64,000 nt of DNA from an uncultured Candidatus Saccharibacteria bacterium (GCA_964391975.1 CAYMNZ010000001.1:262978-326977); one strand, 5' to 3'. Numbered from the stretch's first letter, positions 10,024-18,866 are shown. Numbers and translations are program-made. Notes: generated from the letters alone by a model not told the origin.

Positions 10024-11285
10024 TGGATCGCGTTGCGCTTAAAACACTCGACCTTCCTGACCTGCCTGGTGTCTATCTCTTTACCCTTGGGAAAGGGCGT
10101 GCGAAGAAAGTGCTCTACGTAGGCAAGGCGACGTCGCTTCGTGACCGCGTGCGTTCGTACTTTGATGACGACCTTATCGCAACGCGTGGACCGCGGTTGG
10201 TTGATGTTGTTACTCGAGCGGAGAGCGTTTCCTTTGAAGTCACACCAACTGTTCTTGAAGCGCTCGTTAGGGAAGCTGCACTCATACGTGAGCACCATCC
10301 TCATGGGAACTCAATGGGAAAGGACGATAAGACTTTCCTGTATGCGGTCATTACGGACGAGGAAATACCGAGAGTGCTTGCAATTCGTGGCAAGGACCTC
10401 GATATGAAGGGAAGTCGCATTCTTGAGAACGGCATCAAACTCCGAGCCATACACGGACCATTTACGAGTGGGTACCAACTCCGAGAGGCGCTTCGTTTAA
10501 TACGCCGCATCTTCCCTTTCTACGATACTGAACGCCCGGTTGGGCAAGGAAATCGACACGTGCAGGGAAAGGTGGAGTTCAATCGACAGATTGGACACTA
10601 TCCGCGCGGTATGGACCGCAAAGACTACCTTTGCTCCATTCGCAACGTCTCTCTGTTTCTCTCAGGACGTGTGAAAACACTGAGAGTCACTCTAGAGAAG
10701 GAAATGAAAAAGGCAGCAAAAGAGGAGCGCTTTGAAGATGCGGCTGAGATTCGTCGCCAGCTCTTCGCTCTCGACCATGTGCAGGATGTTTCGCTTATTC
10801 GCGAGGACCGAGAGACAGAGGTAGTGAGTCCACGTATCGAGGCCTACGATACCGCCCACCTCTCTGGAAAGGACGCCATCGGGGTCATGGTGGTCATAGA
10901 GAACTCAGTGCCGGTGAAGAAAGACTATCGCACTTTCCGCATACGCGGGTACGGAGGGAAGTCACTTAACGACGACATCGCTTCTCTCAAGGAGATTTTG
11001 AATCGCCGTCTCGGGCACCCAGAATGGCAGCTGCCCAAGGCCATCGTCATAGATGGTGGGAAGACCCATAAGAAGGCCGCTGAGGAGGTCTTAAAGCTCG
11101 CTGGCGTAGGGATTCCGGTGGTTGCAGTAGTGAAGGACGATAAACACCGCCCCCGGGAAGTCATTGGCTCTCTTCGGGCCGGGATAGCAGACGCTGATGC
11201 AGTACTCGCAAACTCAGAGGCGCACCGGTTCGCTATCGGGAGACACCGATGGGCTCGTCGGAGTGCACTTCGGAAACGTCTGTAA
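10023..11285 (+). CDS. uvrC: excinuclease ABC subunit C, short form lacking the C-terminal HhH domain
   Basis: GIY-YIG N-terminus (GVYLF..LYVGKA), UVR motif (EDAAEIRRQL) and an RNase H-like endonuclease half. Only 420 aa. Confidence 0.8.
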   Translation: MDRVALKTLDLPDLPGVYLFTLGKGRAKKVLYVGKATSLRDRVRSYFDDDLIATRGPRLVDVVTRAESVSFEVTPTVLEALVREAALIREHHPHGNSMGKDDKTFLYAVITDEEIPRVLAIRGKDLDMKGSRILENGIKLRAIHGPFTSGYQLREALRLIRRIFPFYDTERPVGQGNRHVQGKVEFNRQIGHYPRGMDRKDYLCSIRNVSLFLSGRVKTLRVTLEKEMKKAAKEERFEDAAEIRRQLFALDHVQDVSLIREDRETEVVSPRIEAYDTAHLSGKDAIGVMVVIENSVPVKKDYRTFRIRGYGGKSLNDDIASLKEILNRRLGHPEWQLPKAIVIDGGKTHKKAAEEVLKLAGVGIPVVAVVKDDKHRPREVIGSLRAGIADADAVLANSEAHRFAIGRHRWARRSALRKRL

Positions 11286-11309
11286 GGATGCCTGGGTTAT
11301 ACTTTCCAC

Positions 11310-12284
11310 ATGCACGGAACTGTTGTCGGTATTCTTCGGGGAGGACCATCGTCAGAACACGATGTATCACTTAAGACAGGAGCAGCGATGCTCAAGAATC
11401 TTTGTCGGGAGCGTCACACCCCGAAAGATATTTTTATAGACCGGCAGGGAATCTGGCACGAGCGTGGGATTCCGGTGTCTCCTGAGAAAGTGCTCCGAAG
11501 TATTGACGTTGCGCTCCTTGGATTTCATGGAGAGTGGGGAGAAGACGGTGAAGTACAGAAGCTGCTTGAACGTTATGGTGTTCCCTACACCGGTTCTGAC
11601 TCGCTAGGCTCTGCGCTCGCTATGCATAAGGTGCTCGCAAAGGAGCATGCGTCAGATATCGGTCTTCTCACGCCTCGTTACAGGCTTATTGAGAAGGAGG
11701 AGGACATTGATGCCGCAGTGAGTGAGATTGTGAAATCATTCCTGCAGCCGGTGGTGGTGAAGCCAGTCGCTTCAGGCTCTTCTGTGGGCATTGCTATGAC
11801 ACACGGACACGCACCTTTGGTTGAAGCCGCAATGAACATACTTCAAAGCGGGGGTGGAGCACTTGTTGAGGAGCGCATACGTGGTCGCGAAGCAACGGTG
11901 GGCGTTGTCGAAGGCTTGCGAGGCGAGGAGTACTACGTGCTTCCTCCCATCGAAATAGTGCCGCCTCCAACCGAGGACTTCTTTTCCTACGAAGCAAAGT
12001 ATGGCGGCGGGTCCCGAGAGATTTGTCCGGCTCCTTTCCCAAAGAAGGTGACCAAGGAGCTTATGGAGTCTGCCAGAAAGATTCACAAGGCCCTCGGACT
12101 TCGGCACTACTCCCGTTCAGACTTCATGGTCTCCCCTCACGGTATCTATTACCTTGAGACCAACACGCTTCCTGGCATGACAGAGGAGTCACTTCTGCCT
12201 AAGGCACTTGCTGCAGTGGGCATGTCCTTCCAGGATTTCCTTACCCACCTCATCGACCTAGCCCTTAAGCGCAAGACCGTATGA
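11310..12284 (+). CDS. ddl: D-alanine--D-alanine ligase
   Basis: N-terminal GGPSSEHDVSL and an ATP-grasp core. Confidence 0.9.
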   Translation: MHGTVVGILRGGPSSEHDVSLKTGAAMLKNLCRERHTPKDIFIDRQGIWHERGIPVSPEKVLRSIDVALLGFHGEWGEDGEVQKLLERYGVPYTGSDSLGSALAMHKVLAKEHASDIGLLTPRYRLIEKEEDIDAAVSEIVKSFLQPVVVKPVASGSSVGIAMTHGHAPLVEAAMNILQSGGGALVEERIRGREATVGVVEGLRGEEYYVLPPIEIVPPPTEDFFSYEAKYGGGSREICPAPFPKKVTKELMESARKIHKALGLRHYSRSDFMVSPHGIYYLETNTLPGMTEESLLPKALAAVGMSFQDFLTHLIDLALKRKTV

Positions 12285-12625
12285 AAGACCTGACTCAAAT
12301 GAAATGTGTGGCCTGCGAAGGCGGTGTTCCCAAGCTAACTGAAGGGGATGCGAAGGCGTTCCTTACCCATACGCCGTCTTGGACTCTGTCTCCTGACTAT
12401 ACGTCCGTAGAGCGTACTTTTACATTCAAGGACTTCAAGGAGGCGTTGGCTTTCGCCAATAAGGTTGGCGCAATAGCGGAAGACGAGGGCCATCACCCAG
12501 ACATCACCGTAGGATGGGGCAAGGTTCGAGTTTTCCTGACCACCCATGCCATTAAGGGCCTCTCGGAGAACGACTTTATCGTTGCGGCTAAGGTGGACAA
12601 GCTAGAGCGCGAATCCGTAGCGTAG
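12281..12625 (+). CDS. pterin-4-alpha-carbinolamine dehydratase
   Basis: PCD/DCoH signature EGHHPD. Overlaps ddl by ATGA. Confidence 0.85.
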   Translation: MKDLTQMKCVACEGGVPKLTEGDAKAFLTHTPSWTLSPDYTSVERTFTFKDFKEALAFANKVGAIAEDEGHHPDITVGWGKVRVFLTTHAIKGLSENDFIVAAKVDKLERESVA

Positions 12626-13405
12626 AGCATACGGCGAAGCTCCACCGGTGTTTACCCGATAGAGAAGTCTCGGTTCGCTTGAGGCGAATTCAGTTCTTCC
12701 ATGCAGGACCGCTGTGTTGTCGACAATGAAAAGTTGCTTCGGTTCGAGGCGGAACTCAAAGATGTTCCCAGGGTCGCGTACGAATCCACGAAGCAATTCG
12801 AAGGCGCGACGAGCTTCTTTACGCACCTCAACCTTGGCGACGGTGTCATAACGAAACGCGATGCGTGTAAGAGGACCATGTTTCGAGAACACTGCTCGGG
12901 TTGCTGATTTTCCTGCGCGGGTCACGGTCATCGCGTCAGGAGCGTACAGTTCTGAAAGTCCTTCAGGGTCAATTGACGCCAGGTACTCGTGCGCAGCGCG
13001 TCCTGAGATTACGTGACTCATTCCACCTTCTTTTGCTTGGCGTTCGCAATAGAGAATCGCGGTGAAAGGCGCTTCAGTGTTAAACGTTCCATCAGAGTGG
13101 GGAAGATGGGGCTGTGAGGTTGTCCCCAGGTAGTCAGCGAACCCTTCCATGGGAGTGATTGGCGCAACCCCGTCTTTGTCTGCTCGGTCGTGGGGGAGGA
13201 CGTTCCCGAATACCTTGGCCAACGCCAGTAGCTCTTCCTTAGGGGTACGGGATTCCTCTAGGCTCAGAACCACAAACTTATGCGTGTGGAAGGTATCTAT
13301 GAGCTTTTCAAGGTTATTCCCAGTAAGTTGGGTAGCGCTCGGTACAGAAATAAAGGCGTCAGTAGGGGCCACCATACAATTGGTGTAACTGGGTATGGAT
13401 ACCAA
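12602..13405 (-). CDS. TauD/TfdA-family Fe(II)/2-oxoglutarate dioxygenase
   Basis: HSDGTF (HxD iron ligands) and the overall TauD-like pattern. Convergent with the previous gene. Confidence 0.65.
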   Translation of the reverse strand: MVSIPSYTNCMVAPTDAFISVPSATQLTGNNLEKLIDTFHTHKFVVLSLEESRTPKEELLALAKVFGNVLPHDRADKDGVAPITPMEGFADYLGTTSQPHLPHSDGTFNTEAPFTAILYCERQAKEGGMSHVISGRAAHEYLASIDPEGLSELYAPDAMTVTRAGKSATRAVFSKHGPLTRIAFRYDTVAKVEVRKEARRAFELLRGFVRDPGNIFEFRLEPKQLFIVDNTAVLHGRTEFASSEPRLLYRVNTGGASPYALRYGFAL

Positions 13406-13458
13406 AGGTCACCTGAATGCCTAGTGAATAGCCCTCGCGCACCATTTTAAAAACGTGC

Positions 13459-13464
13459 TATAGT
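13459..13464 (+). promoter_or_regulatory. candidate -10 box (TATAGT) for tRNA-Ala
   Basis: TATAGT lies 9 nt upstream of tRNA position 1. Confidence 0.3.
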
Positions 13465-13473
13465 CTCCCGCAC

Positions 13474-13546
13474 GGGCCGTTAGCTCAGTTGGTAGAGCAC
13501 CTCATTTGCAATGAGGGGGTCGCAGGTTCGAATCCTGTACGGTCCA
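13474..13546 (+). tRNA. tRNA-Ala (anticodon UGC)
   Basis: Manual cloverleaf with a G3:U70 pair, anticodon loop TTTGCAA and T-loop TTCGAAT. No CCA encoded. Confidence 0.9.
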
Positions 13547-13561
13547 CACTATCTAGAAACC

Positions 13562-14077
13562 ATGGAAGACACGTCTTCATTTTGGTCTGCCCTCGGAAGC
13601 ATCATTACAGCATTGGTGACACTAGGATTGTATTGTCTTGCTTCAGAACAACTTAATAAAATAAAAGAAGTCAACAGTGCTGATTTTTTGCACCGGTTGT
13701 TAAATGATCTTGGAAAAAATTCAAAATCCATAGACATAGTGCGCGACTTAAAGAAAAACGATTTAATGTTTACGCTCGTGAATGACTTGGCGTTCTTTTC
13801 AACTTCAACAATTCCGCAGAAATACGACAGTTCGGATTTCAACGAGACAGTTTTGAATCCTCTGGAACTCGTGGCTATTTATGAGAAGAAGGGTCTGATT
13901 GACATAAGCATGGTGTACGAAACATGTGATGCCTATCTTCGTCTTGTTTGGGAACATGAAACTATAAAAGAATATATTGATTGGGTCAGAAGTCGACCTC
14001 GATCCAGTGATTGTTATGATGCGATGGAAGAGTTGTACATAAAGCTTATTAACTATGGGAATGCAAAGATTCAATAA
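13562..14077 (+). CDS. hypothetical membrane-anchored protein (low-GC islet)
   Basis: Start moved to M18 so the ORF does not overlap the tRNA. N-terminal TM helix. GC is about 36%, far below the flanks. Confidence 0.45.
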   Translation: MEDTSSFWSALGSIITALVTLGLYCLASEQLNKIKEVNSADFLHRLLNDLGKNSKSIDIVRDLKKNDLMFTLVNDLAFFSTSTIPQKYDSSDFNETVLNPLELVAIYEKKGLIDISMVYETCDAYLRLVWEHETIKEYIDWVRSRPRSSDCYDAMEELYIKLINYGNAKIQ

Positions 14078-14282
14078 ACCTACAACCATGCGACCCGAAC
14101 ATTTCGACGTACTGGGTATTCTTACGTTCACCTACATCCTAGGGTTTGCCCTTTGGGCGTACATCACTGAAGTACCGGTACCGGAGTGGACGCTCGCCAT
14201 TCTCGTGTTTATAGGCATCATTGGCCTCCTCATAGACTGTTCGACTGTGTTCGAATACATCTTCGAAAAGAAGAAGAAATAA
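14055..14282 (+). CDS. small hypothetical membrane protein (2 TM)
   Basis: 75 aa, two hydrophobic helices, low GC. Confidence 0.35.
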   Translation: MGMQRFNKPTTMRPEHFDVLGILTFTYILGFALWAYITEVPVPEWTLAILVFIGIIGLLIDCSTVFEYIFEKKKK

Positions 14283-14283
14283 T

Positions 14284-14625
14284 ATGCGTGTCTGGGATGT
14301 GTCTCCGCGCATACTCTGTCGCAAGCATCTGCTTGGAGAGCACAGAGAGCTTCATGGGCTCTGGAACATTCTAACCAAGCACAAGGGTGTGGGAGGGTAC
14401 TCACGACACCCAGAAACGCTCAGGTGGGTAGGAAAGACTAAGGCGCTCTATGCCCGGCACGAAACACTGGTGAAGGAGATGCAACGGCGTGGCTATAACC
14501 ATCTGTCCCCGCTTGATAAGCGTTTGGCGAAGGGAAGTGCGACACAGCGAAGCTACATTGACTTCCCTGCTGCCCAGAAGAAGATTCTCAAGAAGAAACC
14601 TTGTGAGTGCCCGGCTACGTTCTAG
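14284..14625 (+). CDS. pyrimidine dimer DNA glycosylase-like (T4 endonuclease V / DenV family)
   Basis: LCRKHLLGEHREL aligns with T4 endoV HLMAEYREL (catalytic Glu at the same offset). ...RRGYN aligns with PBCV-1 CV-PDG ...SRGYN. Confidence 0.5.
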   Translation: MRVWDVSPRILCRKHLLGEHRELHGLWNILTKHKGVGGYSRHPETLRWVGKTKALYARHETLVKEMQRRGYNHLSPLDKRLAKGSATQRSYIDFPAAQKKILKKKPCECPATF

Positions 14626-15439
14626 GTGCAAGAAAGAGCGTTCGTAGAGAGTTTCTATTACTAGAGAGGATTTTCGCTACGAATCCTTTTGGATCTTTCT
14701 GCGCCGCAAATGCCGGAGTGAGAGGCAGCTCTTCCTGCATTCGGTTCATGAAGCAATTGAAAATTTCGGCTCGTTTGGCAAGAATTCCAGGATGTTCCGT
14801 AGGGTCCGAGAGATTCCCCGAGAGGTACATAGTCTCGAGAAGGGAAATGAAGTCCTTGAGATACCCATCGAGGTTCTTGTCTGTACGAAAAACGTTTGAA
14901 CCGGTTTCCATGAATGCCTTGATGAGCGCGTGCTGGTCTTGCTCCGATTTAATCCCCGAGAGGGAGTCCTTTAGCAAGCCGTAGAGCCGGACTGTATCGA
15001 TGATTGCCTTATCGGCGATGATGGCAATCCTTTCTTTTGGAACCTCATGTACCTCCACTTGAGCTCGGTCCGGATGGCGAGCATCGAGTGCTTCTTCCAA
15101 ATCGTCTGCCTCGCCCTCGGGACTGGCTGCAATTGCGTTTCGAACATGAAATGCACGCATCATCGTGTTAAATCCCGTCACCTGCTCTTCCGTAAGCACC
15201 CATTTTTTCTTTGGGACGCTATGTAGTATGTCTTTGCTTCCAAGGTCGCCCGAGGTCATACCTTCCCCCATAAAGAAGGTGATTGCCGCTGGAGTGAACG
15301 GGTACCGCGCGTTCCCTTTGGGGAATCCGACAAACCAAGACTGTGGGATAACTATTTCCTTGGGTTGAAGCCATTCAGGTGTTTCCTTCTTTGCTTTGAA
15401 GAGTTCCATTGCCACAAAGTATAGGGCAGGCCTTACCAA
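14615..15439 (-). CDS. hypothetical protein
   Basis: 274 aa ORF with no recognised domains. A terminator hairpin lies immediately upstream (higher coordinates). Confidence 0.45.
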   Translation of the reverse strand: MVRPALYFVAMELFKAKKETPEWLQPKEIVIPQSWFVGFPKGNARYPFTPAAITFFMGEGMTSGDLGSKDILHSVPKKKWVLTEEQVTGFNTMMRAFHVRNAIAASPEGEADDLEEALDARHPDRAQVEVHEVPKERIAIIADKAIIDTVRLYGLLKDSLSGIKSEQDQHALIKAFMETGSNVFRTDKNLDGYLKDFISLLETMYLSGNLSDPTEHPGILAKRAEIFNCFMNRMQEELPLTPAFAAQKDPKGFVAKILSSNRNSLRTLFLAPRT

Positions 15440-15440
15440 A

Positions 15441-15470
15441 CGAAAAACCGCCCCTCAAGGGGGCGGTTTC
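15441..15470 (-). terminator. intrinsic terminator for the SWIB gene (minus strand)
   Basis: On the minus strand the hairpin CCGCCCC-TTGA-GGGGCGG is followed by TTTTTCG, directly downstream of the 15491 stop. Confidence 0.6.
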
Positions 15471-15490
15471 CGTAACCTCTGTAGAGAGGG

Positions 15491-15739
15491 TTAGGACATG
15501 TGAGGCGAGATGAGCTTCGTCATCTCGAACATGGTTACTTCTGCCTTTCCACCGAAGAGGACCTTAAGTTTGTCATCCGCGAGGATGTTCCTCTTGTTCT
15601 TAGGGTTCTGGAGGTCGTTCTTCTTGATGTACTCCCAAATCTTCTTGGTGACCTCAGAGCGGGGCATTGGGCCTGCTCCCACGACTGCCTGAAGCTCAGG
15701 CGAGAGGGTCATCGGCTTAGATAGTGCTGCGTTAGGCAT
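15491..15739 (-). CDS. SWIB/MDM2 domain protein
   Basis: PRSEVTKKIWEYIKKNDLQNP...FEMTKLISPHM is a classic SWIB fold sequence. Confidence 0.75.
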   Translation of the reverse strand: MPNAALSKPMTLSPELQAVVGAGPMPRSEVTKKIWEYIKKNDLQNPKNKRNILADDKLKVLFGGKAEVTMFEMTKLISPHMS

Positions 15740-15845
15740 GATGATTCGTTATCTTTTATGGATTATCCGTACAGCATCCCCTATATGGCGGATACGTCAA
15801 TAGGAAGCTGTAGCATAGCCCGGATGGGGCTTAGGTGAACCTCAG

Positions 15846-15916
15846 TCGGGCCGCCGGGAATCGAACCCGGTCTCTACGCACCCGAAGCGTATGTACTACC
15901 GGTATACTACGGCCCG
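15846..15916 (-). tRNA. tRNA-Pro (anticodon CGG)
   Basis: Reverse complement gives a C1:G72 acceptor (typical of bacterial Pro), anticodon loop TTCGGGT and T-loop TTCGATT. 71 nt with a short D-loop. Confidence 0.85.
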
Positions 15917-15965
15917 AATTGGCACAGAATATCAAGGATTACGACCACGTGATACTCTTTTGGGT

Positions 15966-16277
15966 ATGACATGGGTTGAAGGCCCGCATGGCTACAGTCG
16001 GCAGGAGCCTACTCGCGAGAATACACACGTGATTGAGGTTGATGGTGAATATACAAAAAAGAGCCTCAGGTTCTCTAGGCTGCTTCAGCAAGCGTGTGCC
16101 GAAGCTGAGGCCCAAGGCAAGAACATCGTACAAGTGATTTTCAAAAACGGGATTCGAGTCTATCGATTCAACAAGGCACTACAGCAGGAGGAAACCGACC
16201 CGGTACGATACGTCCTACAAATCCCTCCCCATTTCCAGGATGATTTTAGAGAAGAAGACTTGGAACTTGAAAAGTGA
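15966..16277 (+). CDS. hypothetical protein
   Basis: The track ORF starts inside tRNA-Pro, so the start is moved to M26. Ends 1 nt before tRNA-Val. No homology recognised. Confidence 0.3.
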   Translation: MTWVEGPHGYSRQEPTRENTHVIEVDGEYTKKSLRFSRLLQQACAEAEAQGKNIVQVIFKNGIRVYRFNKALQQEETDPVRYVLQIPPHFQDDFREEDLELEK

Positions 16278-16278
16278 G

Positions 16279-16352
16279 TGGGCAATACAGGATTCGAACC
16301 TGTGACCTTTCGCGTGTGAGGCGAACGCTCTAACCAGCTGAGCTAATTGCCC
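16279..16352 (-). tRNA. tRNA-Val (anticodon CAC)
   Basis: Reverse complement GGGCAATTAGCTCAGCTGGTTAGAGC...CTCACAC...TTCGAATCCTGTATTGCCCA folds as a cloverleaf. Confidence 0.85.
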
Positions 16353-16399
16353 GAGAGGCAACGATACCAAAGGAGGGCACCAAATGCTACGCTAGTTGA

Positions 16400-16978
16400 A
16401 TGATTCCGCGTCCAGACGGCCACCAGAAGATTCCTCCCCACGCAACGAAAGCCTTTGAAGGGGTGCTCTTCGATGTGTATCAGTGGGAGCAGGAGTTGTT
16501 TGATGGCACGAAGGCAACGTTCGAGAAGCTTCGACGTCAGGACACCGTTTCAGTCATTGCAACAACTAACGATCGTAAGATTCTTCTCATCAACGACGAG
16601 CAGCCGGGGCGCGATGCAGTCATCACGTTCCCTGGTGGGCGACTGGATGCTGGCGAAGACCCAGAGACTGCGGCTAAGCGGGAACTTCTTGAGGAAACTG
16701 GGTACGAAGCAAAGGAGTTGGTGCTCTGGAAGAGTTATCAACCAGTTTCAAAGCTCGACTGGGCGTTCTATATCTTCGTTGCGCGGAACGTTGAAAAGGT
16801 CACCGAGCCGCATCTTGATGCTGGAGAGCGCATTTCCATGTGGGAGGCAGGTCTCGATGAGGTTATTGAGGTCATGCGGCAGCCACAGTTCCAGGGGAAG
16901 GAGATTGCACTCGACTTACTTGAAGCGAAGTACAACGCTGAATCAAAAAAGAAGCTCGAAGAGCTCCTGTTTGGTTGA
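16400..16978 (+). CDS. NUDIX hydrolase
   Basis: Nudix box GG..DAGEDPETAAKRELLEETGYEA. Confidence 0.85.
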   Translation: MIPRPDGHQKIPPHATKAFEGVLFDVYQWEQELFDGTKATFEKLRRQDTVSVIATTNDRKILLINDEQPGRDAVITFPGGRLDAGEDPETAAKRELLEETGYEAKELVLWKSYQPVSKLDWAFYIFVARNVEKVTEPHLDAGERISMWEAGLDEVIEVMRQPQFQGKEIALDLLEAKYNAESKKKLEELLFG

Positions 16979-16981
16979 TGG

Positions 16982-17052
16982 TCGGGCCGCCGGGAATCGA
17001 ACCCGGTCAGTCTGCTCCCAAAGCAGATGTACTACCGGTATACTACGGCCCG
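16982..17052 (-). tRNA. tRNA-Pro (anticodon UGG)
   Basis: Near-identical paralogue of the Pro-CGG gene. Only the anticodon arm differs (loop TTTGGGA). Confidence 0.85.
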
Positions 17053-17134
17053 ATTCGGTGGAGAATAGCAGATTGAATCGATTAAGGATATATACTAGTC
17101 TCAGACTCAACTGGGCATTCTCCTCGAGTCCATT

Positions 17135-17617
17135 ATGAAAACACCGCAAAAACCACTTTTCATTGAACGAGCAACGTCCTGGATAGGGTCGGTGCCTTCG
17201 CTCATTCTCCATACGGTGGTATTTCTGGGGGCCTTTAGTCTTGGCATCATCCACGCTGCTTCCTGGGAGATTATTCTGCTCGTGCTTACGACTGTGGTTT
17301 CGCTTGAGGCCATCTATCTTGCGATTTTCATACAGATGACGGTTAACCGAAACACTCAGCAGCTGCGTGAGGTGGAGGAAGACATTGATGAGATTCAGGA
17401 AGATGTTGAGGAACTTGGAGAGGACGTTGATGAGATTCAGGAAGACATCGAAGAGATGAGTGAGGATCTTGATGAGATTCAGGAGGACGTGGAGGAGATG
17501 ACGGAAGAAGAGGAAGCAGAGGCACAAAGCGTAAAGAATGCCGCGACGCTTGAGCAGCTCACTGCTGACGTTCGCCGCGTACTTGCTGACCTTGAGGGGC
17601 TCAAGGAAAAGAAGTAA
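17135..17617 (+). CDS. membrane protein with acidic coiled-coil tandem repeats
   Basis: Two N-terminal TM helices, then three 14 aa units (DEIQEDxEExxEDx) and a charged C-terminus. Confidence 0.55.
   Translation: MKTPQKPLFIERATSWIGSVPSLILHTVVFLGAFSLGIIHAASWEIILLVLTTVVSLEAIYLAIFIQMTVNRNTQQLREVEEDIDEIQEDVEELGEDVDEIQEDIEEMSEDLDEIQEDVEEMTEEEEAEAQSVKNAATLEQLTADVRRVLADLEGLKEKK
17387..17512 (+). repeat. 3 x 42 nt in-frame tandem repeat inside the CDS
   Basis: Each copy begins GATGAGATTCAGGA(A/G)GA. The copies start at 17387, 17429 and 17471. Confidence 0.7.
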
Positions 17618-17629
17618 CATTCTTCTAAC

Positions 17630-17703
17630 GGGCCCATAGTAAAACGGTATTACGCATCCATGGCATGGATGAAGTCGGGGTTCGATTCCCCGTGGGTCCA
17701 CCA
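17630..17703 (+). tRNA. tRNA-Ala (anticodon GGC), CCA encoded
   Basis: G3:U70 pair, anticodon loop ATGGCAT, T-loop TTCGATT and a genomically encoded CCA. Confidence 0.85.
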
Positions 17704-17781
17704 CTCTCCACAGTTTTGCGGACTAAGCATCTGCTTGCTACTATGCCCCTATAACCCAGGACAGGGGTCATTTTTGTACAC

Positions 17782-18573
17782 ATGGCAACCGAACATCTAG
17801 CCGAAGAAGCTGGCCACGCCGCTGAGGCGGCGCATGGCGCCAGTATCCACGTGGTCCTTAAGGCCGAGGAGCTTTTCAGTCTCTGGGGTCTCCCGGTGAC
17901 TAACTCGCTGTTGATGACCTGGATTGTGGTCGGTTTGATGCTTCTCTTTGCTGTGCTCTTTCGACGCCAGATTTCTATGGTGCCAGGGAAGCTTCAGGCG
18001 GCTATTGAAATGCTCTTCCAGGGCGTGCTCGATTACATGGCGGAGACCCTTGAGGACGAGAAGCTTGCGCGCCGGTTCTTCCCGCTCATCATGACCATTT
18101 TCCTGTTCGTGTTGGTTGCCAATGAGCTCGCCTTTATTCCAGGAGTAGGGTCGGTGCTCTACGGGGATGTGCCGTTACTGCGCGCCCCAGCTGCTGACCT
18201 TAACCTGACGCTCGCGCTTGCGATTATCGCGTTCTTTACCATCGAAATCACTGGTGCGGTGGTACTTGGGTTTTTCAAGTATGCCGGGAAATATGTTAAC
18301 TTCAGGTCACCGGTCGACTTCATCGTGGGCATCATCGAGCTCCTGTCGAACGTGGGTCGCCTCGTCTCCTTCTCCTTCCGTCTTTTCGGAAACGTGTTTG
18401 CAGGGGAGGTGATGATTGCGGTAGCGGTGTTCTTCGTCGCGTACCTGGTGCCGGTGCCCCTGATGGCCTTTGAGGTCTTCGTGGGCTTCATCCAGGCAGT
18501 GGTGTTCGCGATGTTGACCCTGTTCTTTATCAAGCTTGCAATCATGGAACCGCACGGGGACGAGGCACACTAG
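17782..18573 (+). CDS. atpB: F0F1 ATP synthase subunit a
   Basis: Polytopic membrane protein with the conserved Arg-containing C-terminal helices. First gene of the atp operon. Confidence 0.9.
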   Translation: MATEHLAEEAGHAAEAAHGASIHVVLKAEELFSLWGLPVTNSLLMTWIVVGLMLLFAVLFRRQISMVPGKLQAAIEMLFQGVLDYMAETLEDEKLARRFFPLIMTIFLFVLVANELAFIPGVGSVLYGDVPLLRAPAADLNLTLALAIIAFFTIEITGAVVLGFFKYAGKYVNFRSPVDFIVGIIELLSNVGRLVSFSFRLFGNVFAGEVMIAVAVFFVAYLVPVPLMAFEVFVGFIQAVVFAMLTLFFIKLAIMEPHGDEAH

Positions 18574-18620
18574 CCTTTTCTCCATGCGGCTCCGGGATGG
18601 AGCACTTTACGAAACGATAA

Positions 18621-18860
<240 letters not shown>

Positions 18861-18866
18861 CCAATC

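Noticed and set aside
13511-13561. Track start of the 188 aa ORF lies inside tRNA-Ala
   Set aside because: A protein start within a tRNA gene is implausible. I moved the start to the internal Met at 13562.
16455-17704. ORFs 16455-17138 (+) and 16943-17704 (-) overlapping the NUDIX gene and the tRNA-Pro and tRNA-Ala genes
   Set aside because: They overlap well-formed tRNAs and better-supported genes. The minus-strand one is the low-complexity antisense of the acidic-repeat gene.
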